From assembly GCA_958295725.1 (NCBI GenBank), contig OY282368.1, forward strand, positions 3,393,827 to 3,457,826: 64,000 nucleotides of DNA. The letters are read 5' to 3'. This DNA is from an uncultured Alphaproteobacteria bacterium. GTDB lineage: Bacteria > Pseudomonadota > Alphaproteobacteria > UBA2966. Shown piece by piece: positions 19,481 through 28,407 of the stretch. The position numbers and the translations under genes were made by a program. A model generated the notes under the pieces. It worked only from the letters and a program-made list of their open reading frames with translations, searched no databases and was not told the origin of the DNA. Numbering within the stretch: the first letter of the stretch is position 1; every line of letters begins with the position of its first letter.

Positions 19481-20541
19481 CGGCCCCCGGAACGGACCGC
19501 GGCGGACCGCGCGCCGGACGACCGTCGGAGGGGACGCGGAGGTCGGCCGGCACGGCCACCGTGCTCCCGCTGGTCGTCCTGACGATCCTGGTCCTGGCGC
19601 TGTTCGCCGCGTCGCTCGCGACGGGGCACATATCCTTGCCGCCGATACCGACGCTCGCGGCGGCCCTCGGCGGCGATCCGGGACTGCCGGGCCTGATCCT
19701 CGTGGAAATCCGCCTGCCGCGCGCCGTACTCGGGATCGTCGTCGGGGGCAGCCTCGGCCTCGCGGGCGCCGCTCTCCAGGGCCTGCTGCGCAACCCGCTG
19801 GCGGACCCCGGCGTGATCGGCGTCTCCAGCAGCGCGGGGTTGGGCGCGGTCCTCGCCATCCATTTCGGACTGGCGACGGGGTCCGACCTCGCGGTTCCCG
19901 TCGCGGCGACGGCGGGGGCCGCGGCCGCCGTGGCGCTTCTGCTCGTCCTCGCCGGGCGCGACGCCGGTCCGCTCACACTGGTTCTCGCGGGCGTCGCGGT
20001 TAACGCGTTCGCCGGTGCGTTGATCTCGCTGGCGCTAAATCTGGCGCCCAGTCCCTATGCCGTCGTCGAGGCCGTGTTCTGGCTTCTCGGCTCGCTCGCC
20101 GACCGCAGCCTCTCGCACGTCGCGGTCGCGCTGCCGCTCACGCTGATCGGATGGCTTCTGCTGGCCACGGCGGCCCGACCCCTCGACGCGCTCACCCTCG
20201 GCGACGACGTGGCGCGGTCGCTGGGGTTCGATCTGTCGCGCGTCAAGGCGCAAATCGTTCTCGGCGCGGCCTGCTGCGTGGGCGCGGGCGTCGCGGTGAG
20301 CGGCGCCATAGGGTTCGTCGGTCTCGTCGTCCCTCACCTCCTGCGTCCCTTCGTCGGTCACGAGCCCGGCCGCCTCCTGATCGCGAGCGGACTGGGGGGA
20401 GCGGCGCTGCTCCTGGCTGCCGACCTGACCGCCCGTCTTCCGCCGATGACGCACGAACCGCGTCTGGGCGTCGTCACCGCGCTGATCGGCGCGCCCTTCT
20501 TTCTCCACCTGATCGTGCGCACGCGGAGAACACTGGCGTGA
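19477..20541 (+). CDS. btuC: Cobalamin ABC transporter permease (FecCD family)
   Basis: IRLPRA, LQGLLRNPLADPGVIG, IGFVGLVVPH and GAPFFL motifs; GTGA overlap. Confidence 0.88.
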   Translation: MTAPGTDRGGPRAGRPSEGTRRSAGTATVLPLVVLTILVLALFAASLATGHISLPPIPTLAAALGGDPGLPGLILVEIRLPRAVLGIVVGGSLGLAGAALQGLLRNPLADPGVIGVSSSAGLGAVLAIHFGLATGSDLAVPVAATAGAAAAVALLLVLAGRDAGPLTLVLAGVAVNAFAGALISLALNLAPSPYAVVEAVFWLLGSLADRSLSHVAVALPLTLIGWLLLATAARPLDALTLGDDVARSLGFDLSRVKAQIVLGAACCVGAGVAVSGAIGFVGLVVPHLLRPFVGHEPGRLLIASGLGGAALLLAADLTARLPPMTHEPRLGVVTALIGAPFFLHLIVRTRRTLA

Positions 20542-21332
20542 ACGGACTCGTCGCGCGGGATGTGGCCGTCTCCCTGGGTGGACGCGAGGCGCTGCGAGGC
20601 GTGGCGTTCACCGCCGGGCACGGCCGGGTCGTCGGCCTCATCGGGCCCAACGGCGCCGGCAAGACCACCCTCCTGCGCGTCCTGGGCGGACTGATGGCGC
20701 CCGACCGAGGCGTCGTCACGCTCGGGGGGATCGAGATGGCGGCCATGCCGCGCGCGACCCGGGCCAAGCGCATTTCCTACCTGCCGGCGGACGCGCCGGT
20801 CCACTGGCCGCTGCGCGTCGACCGGCTGGTCATGCTGGGGCGCATTCCCTGCGCCGGTCTCTGGCGGGGTTCCAGCGATGCCGACGCCCGGATGACGGAA
20901 GCCGCGATGAGCCGGACCGACGTTCTCCACCTCGCGGACCGGACCGTCTCGTCGCTGTCCAGCGGCGAACGGACGCGGGTTCTCATCGCCCGCGCCCTCG
21001 CCGGCGACCCCGAGGTGCTGCTCGCGGACGAGCCGGTCGCCTCGCTCGACCCCTACCACCAGCTCCGGGTCATGGAGCTCTTCCGGGACTTCGCGGCGGG
21101 CGACCGGATCGTCGTATCGGTCCTTCACGACCTGACCCTGGCGGCCCGTTTCTGCGACGATCTCGTACTCGTCGCGGAGGGGCGCGTCGTTCGCGACGGG
21201 CATCCGGAAGAAGTTCTGACGTCGGGCGCCGTCGGCGGGGCATACGGCGTCGAGACTGTCACGGTTTCCACCGCCGCCGGGACCTTCGTGGCGCCCTGGC
21301 GGCGGCTGGACACCGGGAACGAAACGCCATGA
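20538..21332 (+). CDS. btuD: Cobalamin ABC transporter ATPase
   Basis: GPNGAGKTT, LSSGE, LLADEP and VLHDL motifs. Confidence 0.88.
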   Translation: MNGLVARDVAVSLGGREALRGVAFTAGHGRVVGLIGPNGAGKTTLLRVLGGLMAPDRGVVTLGGIEMAAMPRATRAKRISYLPADAPVHWPLRVDRLVMLGRIPCAGLWRGSSDADARMTEAAMSRTDVLHLADRTVSSLSSGERTRVLIARALAGDPEVLLADEPVASLDPYHQLRVMELFRDFAAGDRIVVSVLHDLTLAARFCDDLVLVAEGRVVRDGHPEEVLTSGAVGGAYGVETVTVSTAAGTFVAPWRRLDTGNETP

Positions 21333-22201
21333 AGACGATCTCCGCCAGTGCCATCAAGATCCGATGGACGGCAGTGACCGTGTCACTGGCCGGTCACGCG
21401 CTGGCCGCCGCCGCCGTCGGCCCCGATACCGCCCTCCCGCCGCGGGACTCGCCGCCGATCACGGTGGAGCTCGTGCTCCTCGACGAGCCGGGATCCTCCC
21501 CGGAAATTCCGGCGGGTCCATCGCCGCCGGACATCGCGCGAGACCTGGCGCCAGTGCCGGTCGGGACGGCCGCGCCGGCAGCCCCCGGCGCGAGGACTCT
21601 CCGCGTCGGTGTCCGCGAAGAGACCCCCCGGGCGGCGCCGGCGGCGCGGACACCGAAACCCCGGAGGAACGCGCCCCTGCCGCGGATCAAACCCCCGACG
21701 CCGCAGGCGGTACCGGATGGCGCCACCGCCGTCGGGCTCCCGGATCGGGAGGACATGTCCGCCGTGGACGCGCCGCCGTGGGGGCCGGCAGACACGGGGT
21801 GGAACCGACCCTCGGCGGTCTCGCGGTCCGCCGCGGACACGCCCCGGCGGGATCGGCCGGACGCGTCCTCCGGCGCGTCGCCTCGATCCGCGTACATCCG
21901 GCAGCCCGCCGAAACACGGACGGGAGTCACCCGCGGCGTCCGGGTCGCCGCGCAAAATCGTCCGCCGGGATACCCTTTCGCGGCCCGGCGGTTGGAGCTG
22001 GAAGGCCAAGTCCTGTTGCGGGTCGAGGTGGATCGCGCGGGCGCGGTGGAACGCGTGACGGTCACGAGGAGCAGCGGCCACGGGCTTCTCGACGAAGCCG
22101 CGCGCCGGGCGGTGAACGAATGGCGGTTTCTGCCGGCGACGGTCGACGGCGAGGCGGTCTCCGGGGCCGTGGACGTTCCCGTGTCCTTCCGCCTCCGTTA
22201 G
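21329..22201 (+). CDS. tonB: Energy transducer TonB
   Basis: N-terminal anchor with SxxxH, Pro-rich linker, C-terminal PGYPFAARRLELEGQV..SSGHGLLDEAA..WRF domain. Confidence 0.88.
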   Translation: MKTISASAIKIRWTAVTVSLAGHALAAAAVGPDTALPPRDSPPITVELVLLDEPGSSPEIPAGPSPPDIARDLAPVPVGTAAPAAPGARTLRVGVREETPRAAPAARTPKPRRNAPLPRIKPPTPQAVPDGATAVGLPDREDMSAVDAPPWGPADTGWNRPSAVSRSAADTPRRDRPDASSGASPRSAYIRQPAETRTGVTRGVRVAAQNRPPGYPFAARRLELEGQVLLRVEVDRAGAVERVTVTRSSGHGLLDEAARRAVNEWRFLPATVDGEAVSGAVDVPVSFRLR

Positions 22202-23085
22202 CCGGTGCCGCCGTCCCGCCCGTCGAAGAGGTCGATCACGCAGGCGGCGTCGAGCCCCCCCTCTCCCCGGTCGACGAACGTCCGGTAATACGACCGCGCG
22301 AGCTCGACCACGGGCAACGATGCGCCGATCCGTGTCGCTTCGTCCAGACAGATGCCGAGATCCTTGTACAGGAGGCCGACAGCGCCGCCGGCGCCGAAGT
22401 CCCGCCGCAGCATCGGTCGGGCGCGCGTGTCGGCCTGCCAGGACGCGGCAGATCCGTTCGAGATCGCCTCTACGACCTTGTCCCCGTCGAGACCCGCCCG
22501 CTCCGCGAAAGACAGACCCTCGGCCAAGGACGCGACGATTCCGGTCGCGCATATCTGATTGACCATCTTCGCCAGTTGTCCGGTGCCGACGGGACCCATG
22601 TGGAGGACGCTACGCCCATACGTCTTCAGAAGGGGCACCGCGCGCGCGAACGCCCCGGCACCGCCGCCCACCATGATGGAGAGGGCGCCCCGCCGCGCGC
22701 CGGGCTCGCCGCCCGCGACCGGGGCGTCCAGAAAGTCGAAACCGCCGGACCGCGCCCGTTCCGCGACCTCGCGGGCGACCCCGGCGGACGTCGTGGTGTG
22801 GTCGACGAACACCGCGCCCGACCGCATGGCGGAGAAGGCGCCGTCCCGACCCACCGTCACGGCCCGCAGGTCGTCGTCGTCGCCGACGCAGGAGAACACG
22901 AAACGCGCCGCCCTGGCCGCTTCCGCCGGTGTGGCGGCGACGGCGCCACCGTGCTCGGAGACCCACGCCCGCGCCCTGGCCGCCGTCCGATTGTAGACGG
23001 TGACCCGATGCCCCTCCGCCGCCAGATGTCCGGCCATGGGGCCGCCCATGACCCCGAGGCCCAGAAAGGCGACGTCCTCGGTCAT
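22198..23085 (-). CDS. Beta-hydroxyacid dehydrogenase family NAD(P)-dependent oxidoreductase
   Basis: FLGLGVMG, FLDAPVAGG, KMVNQ and KDL motifs. Confidence 0.9.
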   Translation of the reverse strand: MTEDVAFLGLGVMGGPMAGHLAAEGHRVTVYNRTAARARAWVSEHGGAVAATPAEAARAARFVFSCVGDDDDLRAVTVGRDGAFSAMRSGAVFVDHTTTSAGVAREVAERARSGGFDFLDAPVAGGEPGARRGALSIMVGGGAGAFARAVPLLKTYGRSVLHMGPVGTGQLAKMVNQICATGIVASLAEGLSFAERAGLDGDKVVEAISNGSAASWQADTRARPMLRRDFGAGGAVGLLYKDLGICLDEATRIGASLPVVELARSYYRTFVDRGEGGLDAACVIDLFDGRDGGTG

Positions 23086-23089
23086 TGGA

Positions 23090-23962
23090 TCACGGGCGGG
23101 TCAGCAATTTCATCAGGCTGGAGGTGTCCCAGCGACTTCCGCCCAACGCCTGGACCTCGGCGTAGAACTGGTCGACCAGCGCCGCCACGGGCAGCCGCGC
23201 GCCATTACGCCGGGACTCCTCCAGACAGATGGAAAGGTCCTTGCGCATCCACTCGACGGCGAAGCCGAAGTCGAACTCGTCGCGCAGCATCGTGCGCCCG
23301 CGGTTTTCCATCTGCCACGACTGAGCGGCGCCCTTGGAAATGACGTCGAGGACCTCGTCGCCGTCGAGACCGGCCCGCTGGGCGAAGTTCATGCCTTCGG
23401 CAAGACCCTGAACCAGCCCGGCGATACAGATTTGGTTGACCATCTTGGTCAGCTGTCCGGCGCCAGCGGGACCGAGGAGACGGACCTCCCGCGCATATGC
23501 GTCGATGACCGGCTTCGCCTCGCGAAACGCGCCCTTCCGCCCGCCGACCATGACCGTGAGCGCGCCGTTCTCCGCTCCCGCCTGCCCACCGGAAACGGGT
23601 GCATCCAGAAACCGGCAACCCCTCTCCTTCGCCGCGGCGTCCAGCTCTCTCGCGAGGGTGGCCGACGCGGTGGTGTGGTCGACAAAGATGGCGCCCTTCT
23701 CGATCCCCTGATAGATGCCGTCCTTCGCCGTGGCGATGCTACGGACGTCGTCGTCGTTTCCCACGCAGGCGAAGACGATGTCCGCCGTGCGGGCGGCTTC
23801 GGCGGGTGTCCCGGCCATCTCGCCGCCGTGCTTTCGGACCCATCGCCGCGCCTTCGTCTTGGTCCGGTTGTAGACTGTCACGTCATGACCGGCAGCGACC
23901 AGATGGCCCGCCATGGGAAACCCCATGACCCCAAGACCGATGAACGCCAGTTTCATTCCCAT
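23090..23962 (-). CDS. Beta-hydroxyacid dehydrogenase family NAD(P)-dependent oxidoreductase (tandem paralog)
   Basis: FIGLGVMG, FLDAPVSGGQAGAENG, KMVNQ and FDFGFAVEWMRKDL motifs; GGAGGAG SD. Confidence 0.92.
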   Translation of the reverse strand: MGMKLAFIGLGVMGFPMAGHLVAAGHDVTVYNRTKTKARRWVRKHGGEMAGTPAEAARTADIVFACVGNDDDVRSIATAKDGIYQGIEKGAIFVDHTTASATLARELDAAAKERGCRFLDAPVSGGQAGAENGALTVMVGGRKGAFREAKPVIDAYAREVRLLGPAGAGQLTKMVNQICIAGLVQGLAEGMNFAQRAGLDGDEVLDVISKGAAQSWQMENRGRTMLRDEFDFGFAVEWMRKDLSICLEESRRNGARLPVAALVDQFYAEVQALGGSRWDTSSLMKLLTRP

Positions 23963-24102
23963 GAGCTCCTCCCATCCCTTCCCTTCCGGTGACCGCGCGG
24001 CCGGCACCGGGGCCGACTGCGGATTTCTACACGTTCGCGGGACGGGCCGGAAGCCGCCGTCTGACCCGGCCGGAACGACGCCTTCGGACTCCGCATGGTC
24101 CG

Positions 24103-24139
24103 TTCATATTCCTCCCCCGTGAGGGGGGAGGAATATGAA
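24103..24139. repeat. Perfect 16-bp inverted repeat (hairpin) between divergent genes
   Basis: TTCATATTCCTCCCCC-gtgag-GGGGGAGGAATATGAA. Confidence 0.8.
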
Positions 24140-24184
24140 TAGAGCGCAAGTTGCCCCCACCGCCGATTCGCGCAAACTGGAGCC

Positions 24185-26575
24185 ATGAAACTTCTCGCGT
24201 GGACGTTGGTGATCGTCGTCTCGGTTCTCTGCCTGACGGCGGGCGGAACCTGGGTCTGGCTTCGCGGATCCCTGCCGGCGATGGAGGGAGCCATCGAGCT
24301 GACGGGCCTCTCCGCCCCCGTTCGCATCGTTCGCGACCGGAACGCCGTGCCACACATCTACGCGGAGAACGTCGGGGACGTGATGTATGGCCTGGGGTTC
24401 GCCCATGCCCAGGACCGACTGTGGCAGATGGAGGTCAACCGCCGCGTCGGCGCGGGACGCCTCGCGGAGATCCTCGGCGCTCCGGCCCGGCGCACCGACC
24501 GGTTTCTCCGCACGCTCGGGGTTCACCGGGCGGCGGAACGCGCCTATGCCGAGCTCGATCGACAGACCCGCGACGTCCTCGACTCCTACGCGGCGGGCGT
24601 CAACGCGTTTCTCGACGCCCGCGACGGTCCGCTCCCGCCGGAATTCCTGATCCTCGGCCATCGGCCGGAGCCTTGGGAACCGCAGGACTCCCTCGCGTGG
24701 GGAAAGATACTGGCCTGGGACCTCGCCCGGAACTGGAGAAAGGAGCTGCTCCGCCTGCGCCTGGTCAAACTGGCCGGTGTGCGGCCCGACCGGCTCGTCG
24801 AACTCTTCCCGCCCTATCCCGGGGACGCGCCCATCGCCCTGCCGGACCTCGCCGGCGCCTGGTCGAGGGCGCCGGTCGAGATCGCGGGCGCGTCGGCCTT
24901 GTTGGCCCGTTCCCCGGCGAACGGCTCCAACAACTGGGTCCTCGCCGGAACGCGAACGACCACGGGCAAACCGCTTCTCGCGAACGACCCCCATCTGGGC
25001 CTGGGCGCGCCGTCGGTCTGGTACCTCGCCCATCTGGACTGTCCCGAGTTCCGCGCCATCGGCGCGACGCTTCCGGGCGTCCCCGGGATCGCCCTGGGCC
25101 GGAACGACCGGATCGCCTGGGGCTTCACGAACCTGACCGCGGACGTTCAGGACCTCTACATCGAAAAGATCGCGGAGGGCGATCCCGACTCGTACGTCGC
25201 GCCCGACGGGCCGAGGCCGTTGACCGTCCGCGCCGAGGTCATTCGCGTGCGCGACGCGGACGATCTCCGCTTCAACGCACGGGAGACCGTCCACGGGCCC
25301 GTCATATCCGACGCCTCCTCGCGCGCGGCCGACGCGGCCGAACCGGGTCACGTGATCTCGTTGGCCTGGACGGCACTGCGGAGCGGCGACACGACGGCGC
25401 GCGCGATCCTGCACATGAATCGGGCCAGGAACTGGCGCGAATTCACCGATGCCCTCGCGGATTTCAAGGAACCACAACAAAACGTCGTCTACGCGGACGT
25501 CGAGGGCAACATTGGCTACCATGCGGTCGGACGCATTCCCGTCCGCAGGCCCACGAACGCCGTCCGGGGAACCATGCCCGCGCCCGGGTGGGATCCCGCC
25601 TACGAATGGACGGGCTACATCCCGTTCGAGGAGATGCCGCGCGCCTACAACCCGGATGGCGGATCGATCGCCACGGCCAACCACAAGGTCGTCGGCGAGG
25701 CGTACCCCTACGCGATATCGAAGGATTGGGCACCGCCCTACCGGATAAGGCGCATCGAGACGATGCTCGCCGAGGTGGAGAGGCACTCCGTCGCGGACAT
25801 GCGACGGATACAGGCGGACACCACGAGTCTGGTCGCCGTCGACTTTCTGCCCCTGTTTCTGGACCAGCTCCCGGTCGACGAGACGAACGGACCTTTCGTC
25901 CGCATGTTGTCGCGATGGGGTGGCGCCATGGACCGCCATCGCCCCGAACCGCTGCTCTTCTGGGCTTGGTACCGGGAAGTCGCGCGGCTCCTTCTTGAGG
26001 ACGACATCGGCGCCCTGTTCGGAGAATTCTGGGCGGCGCGCCCGCTGCTCGTGAACGACATACTGACCCGCCGCCGACACCTCTGCGACGACGGGCGGAC
26101 CGGACGACGGGAGACCTGCCCGGAGACCGTCGCCCGAGCCCTCGCGTCGGCCATCGCCTACCTGACGGAAAGGTACGGACCCGACCCCACGTCATGGCGC
26201 TGGGGCGAGGCGCACGTGGCTTACGCGGAGCATACTCCCTTCTCCCGGCTGCCTCTGCTGGCGCGCTTGTTCGATATCGCCCTCGAGTCGGACGGCGACG
26301 GGTTCACGGTGAACGCGGCGGCGCACCGCATCGCGAGCGAACGCACGCCGTTCCGGCAATTCCACGGCGCCGGCTATCGGGCGATCTACGACCTGTCGAA
26401 CCTCGACCGGTCGCTCTACATGCAGAGCACCGGGCAATCCGGGAACGTCCTGTCGCCGTACTATCGCCACTTCGCGGAGAACTGGCGCGACGTCGCGTAT
26501 ATTCCGATGAGCATGGACCGCGAAGACATTCTCGAAGGCGCGCTGGGGACCCTCGTGCTGCGACCGAAGCGGTGA
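24185..26575 (+). CDS. Penicillin acylase family (S45) Ntn hydrolase, membrane anchored
   Basis: GFAHAQDRLWQME, GSNNWV autocatalytic Ser, LLANDPHL and TGQSGN motifs. Confidence 0.92.
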   Translation: MKLLAWTLVIVVSVLCLTAGGTWVWLRGSLPAMEGAIELTGLSAPVRIVRDRNAVPHIYAENVGDVMYGLGFAHAQDRLWQMEVNRRVGAGRLAEILGAPARRTDRFLRTLGVHRAAERAYAELDRQTRDVLDSYAAGVNAFLDARDGPLPPEFLILGHRPEPWEPQDSLAWGKILAWDLARNWRKELLRLRLVKLAGVRPDRLVELFPPYPGDAPIALPDLAGAWSRAPVEIAGASALLARSPANGSNNWVLAGTRTTTGKPLLANDPHLGLGAPSVWYLAHLDCPEFRAIGATLPGVPGIALGRNDRIAWGFTNLTADVQDLYIEKIAEGDPDSYVAPDGPRPLTVRAEVIRVRDADDLRFNARETVHGPVISDASSRAADAAEPGHVISLAWTALRSGDTTARAILHMNRARNWREFTDALADFKEPQQNVVYADVEGNIGYHAVGRIPVRRPTNAVRGTMPAPGWDPAYEWTGYIPFEEMPRAYNPDGGSIATANHKVVGEAYPYAISKDWAPPYRIRRIETMLAEVERHSVADMRRIQADTTSLVAVDFLPLFLDQLPVDETNGPFVRMLSRWGGAMDRHRPEPLLFWAWYREVARLLLEDDIGALFGEFWAARPLLVNDILTRRRHLCDDGRTGRRETCPETVARALASAIAYLTERYGPDPTSWRWGEAHVAYAEHTPFSRLPLLARLFDIALESDGDGFTVNAAAHRIASERTPFRQFHGAGYRAIYDLSNLDRSLYMQSTGQSGNVLSPYYRHFAENWRDVAYIPMSMDREDILEGALGTLVLRPKR

Positions 26576-26719
26576 TCGGGGGCCGGGCCGGGATATTCCG
26601 TGAAAGTCCGGGCGCGGTCCCCCCAGTCGGGGATTGCGTGTACCCTGCGCGCGTCAGGCGGGAGGAAGGGGCCCAGGACATTCACACGGAAGACGCGGCG
26701 GAGGAACCGAACGACCGGC

Positions 26720-27442
26720 ATGAACTCGACCCTCGACCCCCACGAGAAGAAATTCTTCGCCACGCCGCGGATGCCGTGCCCTTACCTGCCGGGTAAATTC
26801 GAGCGGAAGGTCTTCACGGAGCTTTGGGGCGACGACGCCGGGCGACTCCACGACGCCCTCGCGGCGGCCGGTTTCCGCCGAAGCCAGGGCGTCGTCTACC
26901 GTCCCCTGTGCGACGACTGCGCGGCCTGCGTGCCGGTTCGCGCGGTCGCCAGGGAGTTTCACCCCAGGAAATGGATGCGGCGCGTCGTCGCCAGGACCGC
27001 GCATATCGAAGCCGGCGAACGGCCGGCGATAGCGACCGTGGAGCAGTTCCGGCTGTTTCGCCGATATCTGTCGTGGCGCCACGCGGACGGCGGCATGATG
27101 GACATGGACTTCGACGACTACCGGTTCATGGTCGAGGATACGCCCGTCTCCACGTCGATGGTCGAGTTCCGGGAGCCCGGCGGACGGCTCGTCGGCGCCT
27201 GCCTGACGGACGCCATGGCGGACGGGCTGTCGATGGTCTACAGCTTCTCCCGCCCCGACCTGCATCGCCTGAGCCTCGGCTCCGCGATCGTCCTGTGGCA
27301 CATTCGGCGCGCGGCGGAACTGGGCCTCGACTACGTATATCTCGGCTACTGGATTGCCGAGAGCGAGAAGATGGCCTACAAGGCGAGGTTCGCGCCCATC
27401 GAGGCGCTCGGGCCCGAAGGCTGGGTCCCGCTGAGGCGGTGA
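26720..27442 (+). CDS. bpt: Asp/Glu leucyltransferase (bacterial ATE-like, 'arginyltransferase')
   Basis: PCPYLPG..ERKVFT, GFRRSQ..YRPLC..C.AC, DGLSMVYSF and YLGYWI..S.KMAYK motifs. Confidence 0.9.
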   Translation: MNSTLDPHEKKFFATPRMPCPYLPGKFERKVFTELWGDDAGRLHDALAAAGFRRSQGVVYRPLCDDCAACVPVRAVAREFHPRKWMRRVVARTAHIEAGERPAIATVEQFRLFRRYLSWRHADGGMMDMDFDDYRFMVEDTPVSTSMVEFREPGGRLVGACLTDAMADGLSMVYSFSRPDLHRLSLGSAIVLWHIRRAAELGLDYVYLGYWIAESEKMAYKARFAPIEALGPEGWVPLRR

Positions 27443-27470
27443 CGCGGGATCTCGCGAAGGAGGACACCCG

Positions 27471-27545
27471 ATGAACGCCGAAACCGCTCGACACCCATGG
27501 CGATCGTCTGGAACACATCAAACGGCGGCTCGAGCTCCCGCGTGA
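27471..27545 (+). pseudogene. Internally deleted copy of the gene at 28123-28353
   Basis: Shares the ATGAACGCCGAAACCG start, then jumps to CTCGACACCCATGGCGA (LDTHGDRLEHIKRRLEL in the shifted frame); same TGAACGGCG end; AGGAGG SD retained. Confidence 0.8.
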
Positions 27546-27559
27546 ACGGCGAAGGGGCC

Positions 27560-28105
27560 ATGCGGTCGATGCGCATATTCGTGGCGGCGGCGTGCTGCGC
27601 CTTGTGGCCGTCGCTCGCGGTAGGACAAGGACTGGACCGTGCCGAGCCACAGACTCTCGACCGGGCGCTGAAGCAGTTGTGGCCGTCGCTCGCGGTAGGA
27701 CAAGGACTGGATCGGTTCAAGCTTTTCGCCGATTGTGAGCCGATGGGGCTCGTCGTCGAGGGTCTGCCCGAAGATGCCGCCGAGATCGGCCTTACGGAGG
27801 ACTCGATTCGGGCTGCCGCCGAGAGCCGCCTCCGTTCCGCCCGTCTCTACATCGAGGCAAGCAGCCCATACCTCTACATCAACGTGAACGTGCTCGCAGG
27901 TGCTTTTAATGTGGCCCTGGAATACAATAAATCGGTTTTTGATCCCTTGTCTGGCCTCAGCGGCGTGGCATCCACTTGGAGTAGCGGGGGTACCGGCACC
28001 CACGGTAGAGATTCGGGTTTCATACTGTCCCAAGTATCACAACACTTGGATCGTTTCCTGGCCGAATTCCTGCGCGTGAACGAGGCGGCCTGCGGCAAAC
28101 AGTAG
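27560..28105 (+). CDS. Secreted hypothetical protein
   Basis: Signal peptide MRSMRIFVAAACCALWPSLAVG; lower-GC 3' half; internal 35-bp duplication. Confidence 0.75.
   Translation: MRSMRIFVAAACCALWPSLAVGQGLDRAEPQTLDRALKQLWPSLAVGQGLDRFKLFADCEPMGLVVEGLPEDAAEIGLTEDSIRAAAESRLRSARLYIEASSPYLYINVNVLAGAFNVALEYNKSVFDPLSGLSGVASTWSSGGTGTHGRDSGFILSQVSQHLDRFLAEFLRVNEAACGKQ
27602..27711 (+). repeat. Exact 35-bp direct repeat with 75-bp period
   Basis: TTGTGGCCGTCGCTCGCGGTAGGACAAGGACTGGA at 27602-27636 and 27677-27711. Confidence 0.9.
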
Positions 28106-28122
28106 GCGAGAGAGGGTGCTCG

Positions 28123-28353
28123 ATGAACGCCGAAACCGAGAGCCTCGTCCTTGAGCACTTGCGCGCGACCCGCGCCGACGTGGGAGCGGTGCGGGACGAC
28201 GTGCGCGACCTCCGCCACCGTGTCTCGTCCATGGAACGGCATCTGGCGAACATCCAGAGCGATATCGCGAACATCCAGCAACGACTCGACACCCATGGCG
28301 ACTGCCTCGGGCGCATCGAACGGGGGCTCGAGCTCGCGGACGCGCCCGCCTGA
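28123..28353 (+). CDS. Small coiled-coil hypothetical protein
   Basis: LVLEHLRATRAD...RIERGLEL heptad pattern; GAGAGGG SD. Confidence 0.75.
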   Translation: MNAETESLVLEHLRATRADVGAVRDDVRDLRHRVSSMERHLANIQSDIANIQQRLDTHGDCLGRIERGLELADAPA

Positions 28354-28407
28354 ACGGCGGAGGCGTCATGCGGTAGTGTCGCCCGCGCTCCCCGGCGCGG
28401 TCCCGGG

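Noticed and set aside
17164-20541. 1125-aa plus-strand ORF spanning btuB-btuF-btuC
   Set aside because: Only the last 354 codons (btuC) look like a protein; the rest is an Arg/Gly/Pro-rich off-frame read typical of high-GC DNA.
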